64,000 nucleotides of DNA, from assembly GCA_963713045.1 (NCBI GenBank), contig CAVQKE010000001.1, forward strand, positions 32,001 through 96,000, read 5' to 3'. Of the stretch, positions 51,723-61,089 are shown in pieces (within the stretch, counting starts at the first letter, position 1; each line of letters begins with the position of its first letter). The notes below the pieces were generated by a model, which worked only from the letters and a program-made list of their open reading frames with translations, did no database searches and was not told where the DNA came from. Origin of the DNA: an uncultured delta proteobacterium. GTDB taxonomy: Bacteria; Myxococcota; Myxococcia; Myxococcales; Myxococcaceae. The position numbers were made by a program, and so were the translations under genes.

Positions 51723-52802
51723 TCAGTGAACGAAAATGCTCTTCGGAACCATGCAGTGCACGCCCTTTCGGATGTCCACCACCTGGCTCACCCGGCAATC
51801 GGCGGCGAGCGCGGCCAGAGAGTAAGCCTCGTAGCGGTCGAGGCCCTTCTTCTGGACGAGGAAGTCCACCGTCTCGGCGACGGCAATCGCCATCGCCTTG
51901 TCCAGGCTCTCATCGAAGCCCACCTGAATGTAGTGGGTGGGCGTCTCGATGCGCGGCCAGGTGAGCTTCATGTCCTTTCTCACAATCGGCTGAATCTCGA
52001 TGTTCTCGAACGAGCACTCGAGGGCCGTCAGGTTCACCTCGCCATTGCCCTGAGCGCAGTGCGAATCCCCCGTCCAAATCAGTCCGCCTTTGAGGAAGAC
52101 CGGGATAAAGATGGTGCTGCCGGCGGTCAGCTCGTTGATGTCCATGTTGGACCCATTCTTCCAAGGGCGCAGCGAGCTCACTGGGGCGAACGGGTCCTTC
52201 GAGCCGCCTTTCCTCGGTGAGGGGTCATTCGGGTCAATCCCCACTGCCAGTGTGCCAGGGAACGGCCGCAGCGGAAGCACGATGCCTGGCTTGAAGACGG
52301 TCTGGTTTTTCTTCAAGTCCAGGTCGAAGTACTGCACGTGGCCTTCGGGAAATTCGGATGCCAGCAATCCAATGGTGGGGAAGTCCTTGCCCGGGAGATT
52401 GAAGTTGGCGCCCACCCTCTTGGGAACGATTTTCAGAATGCGAATTTCCAGGACGTCTCCCGGTTCGGCGCCCTCGACATAAATTGGCCCGGTGAGCGAG
52501 TGGGGGCCGCCGCCCGGATTCGCTTTGCGCAAGGCAACAATCTCCTCCATCGACGTGCCTTTCTGAATCTGGTCCTTGGCGTGCATCAGGGTCTCAATGG
52601 AGACAATGTCGCCTGAGGCAATGGTGAGCCGAGGAGGCTCCTTGGGGTCGAGCCATCCCCACTGCACCGTCTCGGGCGTGGCTTTGAGGACATAATGCTT
52701 CGGGGGCTTGGCCGCGGCTTTTGCCGAAGGCACCTCGTCGGCGGCGGCAACGCCGGCCAATAGCAAGCCCAACCCTGCCTCCATCCGCAGCAGCCTCCCC
52801 AT
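51723..52802 (-). CDS. Acetamidase/formamidase family protein with signal peptide
   Basis: HSLTGPIYVEGAEPGD, GSNMD, GDSHCAQGNGEV..ALEC. Confidence 0.88.
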   Translation of the reverse strand: MGRLLRMEAGLGLLLAGVAAADEVPSAKAAAKPPKHYVLKATPETVQWGWLDPKEPPRLTIASGDIVSIETLMHAKDQIQKGTSMEEIVALRKANPGGGPHSLTGPIYVEGAEPGDVLEIRILKIVPKRVGANFNLPGKDFPTIGLLASEFPEGHVQYFDLDLKKNQTVFKPGIVLPLRPFPGTLAVGIDPNDPSPRKGGSKDPFAPVSSLRPWKNGSNMDINELTAGSTIFIPVFLKGGLIWTGDSHCAQGNGEVNLTALECSFENIEIQPIVRKDMKLTWPRIETPTHYIQVGFDESLDKAMAIAVAETVDFLVQKKGLDRYEAYSLAALAADCRVSQVVDIRKGVHCMVPKSIFVH

Positions 52803-52910
52803 GCGCCCTCCTTCGTCTTCGGTGGCTAGGCTAGCCCAGCGTGCACCCGGTTCCCGCCGCAGGGTGAGCGGGCACATTAGCGAGGCCTTGGGGAGGTATG
52901 ACCTGCGCCC

Positions 52911-53645
52911 TCAACCCTCGGAGTTGCGCGCTCCGCGAGGCGAATTGGAGTGCTGGAGCAACAGCGTGCGGACTTGAGGATGGTGCTTCACCACCACCTG
53001 CTTCAGCAGGTGCTGTAAGACACTGGGCGGCGTTGCTCCCCAGCGGGCGAAGTTCTGCACCAGAAGCACCGAGGCGACGGTGCGGCCGCACACCAGCGCC
53101 GCCGTCTTTTGGTCGAGCGGGAGCCCTGTCAGCAGCAGCAGCACGCGGCCCTCGGTATGGAAGAGGAGCTCCACCTTTTCCTCCGGCGCCGCGGTGTTCG
53201 CGAACTTGTGGCGCAGCACCTCCCGGCTGGCCCGCTGATTCTTTTCTGGTAGCTCGCGGCTGACGCTTAATTTGAAAAGCTCAACCAGCCGTTTCGACCC
53301 GAGCAGTCGCTGGAGAAGCGCCGAGGGCAGCTGCACATTGCGCAACAGAAGCCGCTGCACCTCGCCGTCACGGAGAAAGGCCTCGCGGTTGGCAAGCGCC
53401 TGAAGCGCGGAGGGGTGTGGGTGATGCGCAGCCAAGAGACGCGCCTGCCCCAGCCCGAAGCGCGGATTGGCAAGCAGCTGCGCCGCCACCGCGGGAAGTG
53501 GGTCGAAACAGAGCGCCGACAGCACCGGCTCCTCCGCCGCCAGCGCGAAGGCGGCGCGGCTCTCCGCCGCCAGCCCATGCAGCTTGCGCTCGAACAACTG
53601 GCGCAGCCGCAAGGCTTCCGCGTCCGGACGGGCCTCTTCTTCCAT
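52911..53645 (-). CDS. Hypothetical leucine-rich helical protein
   Basis: Protein-like composition (LCFDP..V, LLANPRF); GC3-biased; start at 53645 inferred. Confidence 0.65.
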   Translation of the reverse strand: MEEEARPDAEALRLRQLFERKLHGLAAESRAAFALAAEEPVLSALCFDPLPAVAAQLLANPRFGLGQARLLAAHHPHPSALQALANREAFLRDGEVQRLLLRNVQLPSALLQRLLGSKRLVELFKLSVSRELPEKNQRASREVLRHKFANTAAPEEKVELLFHTEGRVLLLLTGLPLDQKTAALVCGRTVASVLLVQNFARWGATPPSVLQHLLKQVVVKHHPQVRTLLLQHSNSPRGARNSEG

Positions 53646-53833
53646 GGCACCCAAAACGGACGCCAATGCTAACCCCCCTGACGCTTTGCGCTCGCTGACG
53701 CGATGCGGCAAGGCTGGGTGACACTTCGGCTGCTTGCCCCGTGCTTTTGAATGCCCCGCAACGGAAGCCGTCGGTTGCGTGTTCCAAAGCGCGGCAGCAC
53801 GCCGCGGCATCGGCCGAGGAGGGCCTTCCACAC

Positions 53834-55510
53834 ATGACGACTCGGCGGCCTTCGACTTCGGTGGCGGCGGCACACCCGGCAGTGCTTCTCGGCTGGCCCC
53901 TCCTCTTGGCGGCATCCCTGGCCGGCTGCAGCAGCACCAGCTCCAACGCTGGGGCACCAGACAGCGGGCTGGACGCGGACACCGTCCGCTTTCTCGAGCA
54001 GAGTACCTTTGGACCCAGCGAAGCGCTCGCGAGGACAGTCCAGGACGCGGGCTTCGCGGCGTTTATCGACACCCAGTTCAACCTGCCGACCAGCAGTCTC
54101 GGTACCTACCCCGTCGTGTTGCAGTCTCCCGCCGTGGTGTGTCCGCCCACCGCGCCCTCCAACTGTTACCGCGACAACTTCAGCGCTTTTCAACCCTCGG
54201 TGCAGTTCTTCCGCAACGCGCTGGCGGGAAGCGACCAGCTTCGACAGCGCGTGGCCCTTGCCCTCAGTCAGATTCTGGTGGTCAGCGACGAGGATGTGCC
54301 CACCACCTACGGGATGGCGGCCTATGAGCAGCTCCTCCTCAACGACGCCCTCACCAACTACCGGCAGATTCTGCAGGACGTGACGCTGAGTCCAGCCATG
54401 GGCCGGTACCTGAACATGGTGAACAACAACAAGGCCAACCCGGCGGAGGGCACCCATCCCAACGAGAACTACGCCCGCGAGCTGCTTCAGCTGTTCTCAA
54501 TTGGCTTGGTGCAGCTCAACGCAGACGGCAGCATGGTGACCGACTCCAACGGGCAGCCGGTACCCACCTATCCGCAGAGCGTCGTGGACGGCTATGCCGC
54601 CGTGTTTACCGGCTGGACGTACCCCACCGTCCCAGGCGCGACGCCCCAGGGGCACAACCCGGCTTACTACTTGGGGCCAATGGTGGCGGTGGAGGCCAAC
54701 CACGACACCACGCAGAAGACTTTGCTCAACGGCGCCACGCTGCCGGCCGGCCAGACAGCCGCCCAGGACCTGAGCGGGGCGCTCGACATTCTCTTCAGCC
54801 ACCCCAACGTCGGGCCGTTCATCGGCAAGCAGTTGATTCAATTCCTCGTCACCAGCAACCCAAGCCCGGCCTACATTTCTCGCGTCAGCGCCGCCTTTGC
54901 CGACAACGGGTCGGGTGTGCGCGGTGACATGCAGGCAGTGGTGCGCGCCATTCTGCTCGACCCGGAAGCGCGCGGAGCGGTCCAGTCCGGCACCGGCTAC
55001 GGCAAGTTGCGTGAGCCCGTCCTGCTCGCAGCCAACCTGGCTCGGGCGCTGGAAGCCCAGAGCGACGGCGTCTACCTTCGCAACGCGGCCGCGGCGATGG
55101 AGCAGCCGCTCTATTCGGCCGGCAGCGTCTTCAACTTCTATCCTCCCAACTATCCGCTTCCGGGAACCGCGCTGCTCAGCCCACCTTCGACGCTGTATGA
55201 CAGCACCAGCGCGCTGACCCGCGCGAATTTCGTCTTCGAGCTCCTCTTCGAGACCGTCAACCCAGACCCCACCATCCCCGGCGCGACCGGCACCACCGCT
55301 CCGCTGACGGACTTTCTCACCTCCGCCAGCGACGCCGGGGCCCTCGCCGACCGCCTCAATGCGCTCCTGATGCACGGCACCATGTCTTCCGGCATGCGCC
55401 AGGCGGTGCTGGATGCAGTGAACGCCGTTCCCAGCACGGATGCCATCGACCGGGTTCGGGCAGCGGCGTACGTCGTCGGAACCTCGGCCCAATACCAGGT
55501 GGAGCAGTGA
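53834..55510 (+). CDS. DUF1800 family lipoprotein
   Basis: Lipobox LAGC; FLEQSTFGP, DQLRQRVALALSQILVVS, PNENYARELLQLFSIG, GKLREP. Confidence 0.88.
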   Translation: MTTRRPSTSVAAAHPAVLLGWPLLLAASLAGCSSTSSNAGAPDSGLDADTVRFLEQSTFGPSEALARTVQDAGFAAFIDTQFNLPTSSLGTYPVVLQSPAVVCPPTAPSNCYRDNFSAFQPSVQFFRNALAGSDQLRQRVALALSQILVVSDEDVPTTYGMAAYEQLLLNDALTNYRQILQDVTLSPAMGRYLNMVNNNKANPAEGTHPNENYARELLQLFSIGLVQLNADGSMVTDSNGQPVPTYPQSVVDGYAAVFTGWTYPTVPGATPQGHNPAYYLGPMVAVEANHDTTQKTLLNGATLPAGQTAAQDLSGALDILFSHPNVGPFIGKQLIQFLVTSNPSPAYISRVSAAFADNGSGVRGDMQAVVRAILLDPEARGAVQSGTGYGKLREPVLLAANLARALEAQSDGVYLRNAAAAMEQPLYSAGSVFNFYPPNYPLPGTALLSPPSTLYDSTSALTRANFVFELLFETVNPDPTIPGATGTTAPLTDFLTSASDAGALADRLNALLMHGTMSSGMRQAVLDAVNAVPSTDAIDRVRAAAYVVGTSAQYQVEQ

Positions 55511-55512
55511 CC

Positions 55513-56871
55513 ATGCGCATCTCACGAAGAAGCTTCCTCGAAGCCCTCGGCGCAATCGGCGCGGCCGCCTCCTTCTCGAAGTTCGGCGAGGGACGGGCTT
55601 TTGCGCAGACCGCCGACGACTACAAGGCCCTGGTGTGCGTGTTCCTCTTCGGAGGTAACGACGGCAACAACACGGTGGTGCCCCTGGACAGCGCCGGCTA
55701 CGCCGCTTACGCGACAGCTCGCGGCGCCATCGGCGCTGGCGGTCTTGCCCTCCCCCAGGCCCAACTCCTCCCACTCACTCCGGCCAGCGGCGCGGCCGCC
55801 TATGGGCTGCACCCCAACCTCCCGGAGCTTCAGACACTGTGGAACGACGGTGTGCTTGCGGTGGTCTTCAACATCGGGACGCTGCTCGCCCCGACGACCA
55901 AGCAGCAATACCTCCAGAATGCCGTCCCCATCCCCATCAGCTTGATGTCCCACCAAGACCAGCAGCACCAGTGGGCTACCTCTCTGTCGGACCAGTACTC
56001 GCAGACCGGCTGGGGCGGCCGCATCGCCGACGGCCTCTCCGCTGGGCCCCTTCCTTCCGTCATCTCCATCAGCGGAAACCAACTCTTCGCACTCGGCGCG
56101 AGTTCCAGCCCGCTGTCGCTTCCGGCAGCCGGCGGAACCTTCGCACTCGCCGGTTTCAACGGCTCGGCCGCTGCCAATGCCCGGCTGCAGGCCATGCAAA
56201 GCGTCCGCACGTTGGAGGAAGCCAACCTCATCGTCCAGGCGACCCAGTCGCAGACTTCGGGGGCACTGTCGGCCAGTTCCTTGGTGGCGCCCGTCCTGGC
56301 AGGCACCGGGTCCACCGTGGATGGACTCTTCGGTGGTCTCACCTCGAGTATTGCGCTGCAGCTGAAGCAGGTCGCGCGGATGATTCAGGCGCGGCAGGCG
56401 CTGGGCGTGGGCCGCCAAATTTTCTTCGTCAGTCAGAGCAGCTACGACACCCACAACGACCAGCTAGCCCGCCAGGCGGCGCTCTTCAGCGACCTCTCCC
56501 CGGCGCTGAACGCCTTCTACCAGGCAACCGTCCAGCTGGGCGTTGCCCAGCAAGTCACCGCATTCACCCTTTCCGACTTCAGCCGGACGCTCCAGCCCGC
56601 CTCGGGGGATGGCTCAGACCATGCGTGGGGGAACCACCACGTGGTGCTCGGCGGCGCGGTGCAGGGTCGTCAAACCTACGGCACCTTTCCGACGCTTCAA
56701 CTGGCCGGGCCGGATGATTTCACCGGGCAAGGCCGTTGGGTCCCCACGCTGGCAGTGGACCAATATGCCGCCACGCTGGCGACTTGGTTCGGGGTGAGCG
56801 CCACCGACCTAACCACTGTGCTTCCCTATGTCGGTCGCTACCCCACCGCCAACCTCGGTTTTCTCGCCTAG
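55513..56871 (+). CDS. DUF1501 family Tat-exported protein
   Basis: SRRSFLE twin-arginine motif; YKALVCVFLFGGNDGNN, YDTH, SDFSRTL, GSDHAWG. Confidence 0.88.
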   Translation: MRISRRSFLEALGAIGAAASFSKFGEGRAFAQTADDYKALVCVFLFGGNDGNNTVVPLDSAGYAAYATARGAIGAGGLALPQAQLLPLTPASGAAAYGLHPNLPELQTLWNDGVLAVVFNIGTLLAPTTKQQYLQNAVPIPISLMSHQDQQHQWATSLSDQYSQTGWGGRIADGLSAGPLPSVISISGNQLFALGASSSPLSLPAAGGTFALAGFNGSAAANARLQAMQSVRTLEEANLIVQATQSQTSGALSASSLVAPVLAGTGSTVDGLFGGLTSSIALQLKQVARMIQARQALGVGRQIFFVSQSSYDTHNDQLARQAALFSDLSPALNAFYQATVQLGVAQQVTAFTLSDFSRTLQPASGDGSDHAWGNHHVVLGGAVQGRQTYGTFPTLQLAGPDDFTGQGRWVPTLAVDQYAATLATWFGVSATDLTTVLPYVGRYPTANLGFLA

Positions 56872-59009
56872 CGCTCGGCCCGACGGACCTGCACTGGAAC
56901 GCCGCTGAAGGCGGCGGCTCCGGTGAGCGCATCGACCAGGCGCTCGTCGGTGAGGTCGTTGATGCTCGCGCCGGGATGGGCGGTCGCCACCTGGGCGAGG
57001 ACACCATCGCGGCCGTGCCCCCATCCGTGGGGGATGCTGACCGTGCCAGGCATCATCTCCTCGCTTACCTCGAGCGGAAGGGGAATGGCGCCGGCCCGAG
57101 ACTGCACCACCACCGGCTCGCCGTGGGTGAGTCCGCGCATGGCCGCATCCTCGGGGTGCATCAACAAGGTGCACCGCGGCGGACCCTTCACCAGGCGGAG
57201 GCTGTTGTGCATCCAGGAGTTGTTGCTCCGCAGCTGACGGCGGCCAACCAGCTGCAGCGAGCCGTTGGCAGGCGCCGGACTTTTCAGGTAACGCGAGCTC
57301 AGCCGCCCCACGTCCCCCATCAACTCGGCAGGGGCCAGCTGGATGTGCCGATTCCGGGTGTGGAGTCGGCCCGGTAGGCAGGGTTCCAGCGGGCCAAAAT
57401 CCACGCCGTGGGGGGCGGCCTCAAGAGCGGCCAGCGTCAGTCGGTGCGGCGACCGACGGCCGTAGGGGCCGGCCCGCAGCCCGAGGTCGAGGAGCCGCCG
57501 GGGGGAGGCCCAGCGGAGGGCGACGGCCCGCGCCCGAGCTCGCAACCCTCCAAAGCGCCCGCGCCGAGCGAGCCGGGCAGTCAGGCCGTTGAAAATCTCC
57601 CAGTCCTGAAGGGCTCCGGGCGGCGCCGGGAAGAGGCCGGGCGAGTACTTGGCCGTGTTGCGCACCGCCAACAGGTGAAACACGACGTCATAGTGGTCGT
57701 GTTCGAGCGGCGAGGTGGGCGGGAGGATGAGGTGCGCGTGGCGCGTGGTTTCGTTGACGTAGAAGTCGACGGACGCCATGAAGTCGAGCGAGCCGAGCGC
57801 GCGGTCGAGCTGAGTCCCGTTGGGTGTGGAGAGGACTGGATTTCCCGCAACCGTCACCAGCGCAGCGATGCCGCCCGGTCCGGGAGTGAGAATCTCCTCG
57901 GCCAGAGTGGCCACTGGGTATTCGCCGCCAAACTCTGGAAGCTGACGCACACGCGAGCGGCGGAGGCCGAAGTGCCCACGGCTAGCTCCGGCGCCAATCA
58001 CGTCGAAGGCGGGTCGGGTAAACATCGCGCCCCCCGCGCGGTCGAGGTTCCCGGTGACCGCGTTCAGCACGTTGAGGAGCCACTGACAGAGCCCGCCGAA
58101 CTCCTGAGTGGAGAGGCCAACCCGCCCGTATGCCACGGCGGAGGGCGCGGCCGCGAAGTCGCGCGCCAGGCGACGAATGGCCTCGGCTGGCACGCCCGTC
58201 GGCCCGGCAACGACTTCGGCCGGAAAGGCCTGCACCAACTGCTCAACGGCGCCGAGTCCATCGAGGAAAGCAGACAGACGTCCAGGCTGGACCCGCCCTT
58301 CGGCAAAGAGAGTGTGCAGCATCGCCAGCAGAAGCAGGGCGTCCGTCCCGGGCCGAATGAAAAGGTGGGTGTCGGCAAGCTCCGCTGTCTCGGTCCGGCG
58401 CGGGTCCACCACCACCAGCCGACCGCCGCGCGCCTTGAGTGCTTTCAGCCGCAAAGGCATCCCCGGAGCGCTCATCAAGCTTCCGTTGGAGACGGCTGGG
58501 TTCGCCCCGAGGACGAGAAAAAGGGCAGTGCGGTCCACGTCGGGAATCGGGAGCAGCAGCTGGTGGCCGAACATCAGGAACGCGGCCAGATGGTGCGCCA
58601 GCTGGTCGACACTGGTGGCCGAATAGCGGTTGTGCGTCCCGAGAGCCTTCACAAAGGGCACTCCTAAGAGGAGCGTCCCGAGGTTGTGGACGGTGGGGTT
58701 GCCTAGGTAGACGGCCACCGCGTCCTTGCCGCGCGCTTCTTGAATCCGGAGCAGCCGCTCCGCCGTCTCGTCCAGCGCCTGTTTCCAGGACAAACGCTGC
58801 CACCCAGTGGCCGTCCGCCGGACCGGAAAGCGGAGCCGGTCCGGGTCCTCGTGAATGTCCTGCAACGCAGTGGCCTTTGGGCAGAGGAAGCCCCGGCTGA
58901 AGGGGTCATCCCGGTCTCCGCGAATGGAAAGGAGCCGCTCGGACTCGACCTCTAACGTCAGACCGCACATTGCCTCGCAAAGGGCGCAGGTGCGGTGGTG
59001 GAGGGGCAT
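56868..59009 (-). CDS. Molybdopterin (bis-MGD) oxidoreductase family protein
   Basis: CALCEAMC...CPK [4Fe-4S] motif; VVVDPRRTETA; RSNNSWMHN; no Tat signal. Confidence 0.9.
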   Translation of the reverse strand: MPLHHRTCALCEAMCGLTLEVESERLLSIRGDRDDPFSRGFLCPKATALQDIHEDPDRLRFPVRRTATGWQRLSWKQALDETAERLLRIQEARGKDAVAVYLGNPTVHNLGTLLLGVPFVKALGTHNRYSATSVDQLAHHLAAFLMFGHQLLLPIPDVDRTALFLVLGANPAVSNGSLMSAPGMPLRLKALKARGGRLVVVDPRRTETAELADTHLFIRPGTDALLLLAMLHTLFAEGRVQPGRLSAFLDGLGAVEQLVQAFPAEVVAGPTGVPAEAIRRLARDFAAAPSAVAYGRVGLSTQEFGGLCQWLLNVLNAVTGNLDRAGGAMFTRPAFDVIGAGASRGHFGLRRSRVRQLPEFGGEYPVATLAEEILTPGPGGIAALVTVAGNPVLSTPNGTQLDRALGSLDFMASVDFYVNETTRHAHLILPPTSPLEHDHYDVVFHLLAVRNTAKYSPGLFPAPPGALQDWEIFNGLTARLARRGRFGGLRARARAVALRWASPRRLLDLGLRAGPYGRRSPHRLTLAALEAAPHGVDFGPLEPCLPGRLHTRNRHIQLAPAELMGDVGRLSSRYLKSPAPANGSLQLVGRRQLRSNNSWMHNSLRLVKGPPRCTLLMHPEDAAMRGLTHGEPVVVQSRAGAIPLPLEVSEEMMPGTVSIPHGWGHGRDGVLAQVATAHPGASINDLTDERLVDALTGAAAFSGVPVQVRRAER

Positions 59010-59024
59010 AGTCCTGGAGGGAGG

Positions 59025-59408
59025 TTACTTCTCTGGCACGTACTGAGCGATGCCGTTTCCGAACGACCAGTCTTCGCGCCCGGCCTCCACGAGACTCACC
59101 ACCAACTCATTCGGTGAAACCCCGGCTTCCGACACCAGCTGAGCCATCCTTCGGTACAGCGCCTGTTTCTGCTCGGTGGTGCGCCCGCGACTCAACGTCA
59201 CCTGCACCAGCACCGGGTCACGGTGGGGAATGCCCAAGTAGCTCGGCGGGAAGGACAGGCCGCCGGCGGCATGGGCGGTCACCACTTGAAAGCGGTCGTC
59301 CGGCGGTACGGCAATGGTTTCCACCAGGGCCCGGTGGACGGCGTCGGCAATGCGCGCCCGGAGCTCTGGGGGCCGGGCGATGGAGACGTCGATGCGCTGC
59401 AGTGGCAT
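59025..59408 (-). CDS. Tautomerase superfamily protein (MSAD-like)
   Basis: N-terminal Pro; VPPDDRFQV, GRTTEQKQALY, DWSFGNG. Confidence 0.88.
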   Translation of the reverse strand: MPLQRIDVSIARPPELRARIADAVHRALVETIAVPPDDRFQVVTAHAAGGLSFPPSYLGIPHRDPVLVQVTLSRGRTTEQKQALYRRMAQLVSEAGVSPNELVVSLVEAGREDWSFGNGIAQYVPEK

Positions 59409-59692
59409 GCCCTCCCCGTAACCGTGCCCCGCGCTCCGCGCTGCGGCGAAAGCCGTCGGCGCCCAGTGCCTTCGCGGCTGCCCTGGGGAGGCGTCTCCAT
59501 TTGCCGCACAGCGGCATGACTCTGCGACTTTGGCCGGCGCGACCGCACTGGACGCTTGACGGGGGCTATTTCAGAGCGCCTGTGGCCAACGCATCCCCTG
59601 CAACGCCTTTCTTGGCAGGCGTCCTCGTTCTTGTGTTGAAAAGTACCCCCCTCGTATGGTTGCACGGTCAACAGCCATCGGAGCAGCGTGAA

Positions 59693-60184
59693 GTGACGTC
59701 TTTCGGAAGACTCGCTTGGGCAGTGCGCATCGCTCCCATGCTGTTGCTCGGGGCGTCTCCTCCGGCGCCGCCGTCCGCCTGGCGTCTCCAGCGCACGACG
59801 GAGGGGGGCACCGTCAAATGTCGCATCGAGTCCGAGAAGGCTCCCGTCAAGGACGGGTACCAGGACGTCACCGCCCAGCTGGTCGTCCCTGCGGGCGGGG
59901 GGGTCCTCATCGTGAGCGAATCAACGTTCGACATCGGCTCCGGGGACATCGGCATCCAGGTGGACAAGAACGCCTTCGTGAAGGCAGACAAGCTGGCCGG
60001 GGACAAGACGGTGGTCTTCGAGACTTCCGGAGCAACCCTCGTCTCACAGTTCAGGGCGGGTTTGAGCGCCCGCGCCCAACTACGCTTTTGGCCGACTTGG
60101 CCCGTCACCGGCACCCATGACGCCGTTTTCAGCCTCATCGGCTTCACAAAAGCCTATGAAGACATGCTCGAGAACTGCCACTAG
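59693..60184 (+). CDS. Hypothetical exported protein
   Basis: Signal-like N-terminus; LRFWPTWP...FSLIGFTKAY; start inferred. Confidence 0.6.
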   Translation: MTSFGRLAWAVRIAPMLLLGASPPAPPSAWRLQRTTEGGTVKCRIESEKAPVKDGYQDVTAQLVVPAGGGVLIVSESTFDIGSGDIGIQVDKNAFVKADKLAGDKTVVFETSGATLVSQFRAGLSARAQLRFWPTWPVTGTHDAVFSLIGFTKAYEDMLENCH

Positions 60185-60196
60185 CCGGAGGTCACT

Positions 60197-61066
60197 GTGG
60201 GGCTTCGACTTAAATTCAACCTAGTTTTGGTCGCGGTCTTCGCCATCGGCTTGGCCTGTTCGGCCTACATCTCCCGGCGCATCCTTCAGCAAAATGCCCA
60301 GGACGAAGTGGAGCGCAACGCGGGCTTGATGATGGAGTCGGCGATGGCGGTCCGCGACTACACCGTGGGCCAGGTGAAACCGAATCTCGAATTGCAGCTG
60401 ATGCGGGTATTCCTGCCACAATCGGTGCCGGCGTACGCAGCCACCGAAGTGTTCAACAACTTGCGAAAAACGTACCCGGAGTACAGTTACAAGGAAGCCA
60501 CTCTCAACCCCACCAACCCGCGCGACAAAACTGTCGGATGGGAGGCCGATGTCGTCAACCAGTTTCGCAACAACCCCGACATCAAGGAAGTCGGCGGGGT
60601 GCGAGACACGCCCAGTGGGCCTTCCCTTTTTCGGGCCCGACCCATCAAGATTACGAACGAGAAGTGCCTCGTCTGCCACAGCACGGTGGACGCAGCGCCC
60701 AAGTCGATGATTCAGCTCTATGGGCCGGCCAATGGCTTCGGATGGAAGCACAACGAAATTATAGGAGCGCAGGTCATCTCGGTCCCCATGGCGCTGCCGC
60801 TGGCGAAGGCCGATACGGCCTTTCGCACCTTCATGACGTCGCTGATTGCGGTCTTCGTGCTTGCCTTCATCGTGCTCAACATCACCCTGTCGGTGATGGT
60901 CATTCGGCCCATCGTCCGGATGTCACGCGCGGCCGACGAAGTCAGCACGGGCAACCTCCAAATTCCCGAGTTCGCCGTCACCAGCAAGGATGAGATTGGC
61001 GTGCTTGCCACGTCCTTCAACCGCCTCCGCCGCAGTCTCGAAAAGGCGATGAAGCTTCTCGAATAA
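60197..61066 (+). CDS. Membrane sensor with DUF3365/Tll0287-like c-type heme domain and HAMP, no output domain
   Basis: TM; YKEATLNPTNP; CLVCH; TM; HAMP ending DEIGVLATSFNRL; GGAGG RBS. Confidence 0.85.
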   Translation: MGLRLKFNLVLVAVFAIGLACSAYISRRILQQNAQDEVERNAGLMMESAMAVRDYTVGQVKPNLELQLMRVFLPQSVPAYAATEVFNNLRKTYPEYSYKEATLNPTNPRDKTVGWEADVVNQFRNNPDIKEVGGVRDTPSGPSLFRARPIKITNEKCLVCHSTVDAAPKSMIQLYGPANGFGWKHNEIIGAQVISVPMALPLAKADTAFRTFMTSLIAVFVLAFIVLNITLSVMVIRPIVRMSRAADEVSTGNLQIPEFAVTSKDEIGVLATSFNRLRRSLEKAMKLLE

Positions 61067-61089
61067 CCCCGGGAGGCCGCGCGACCGCT

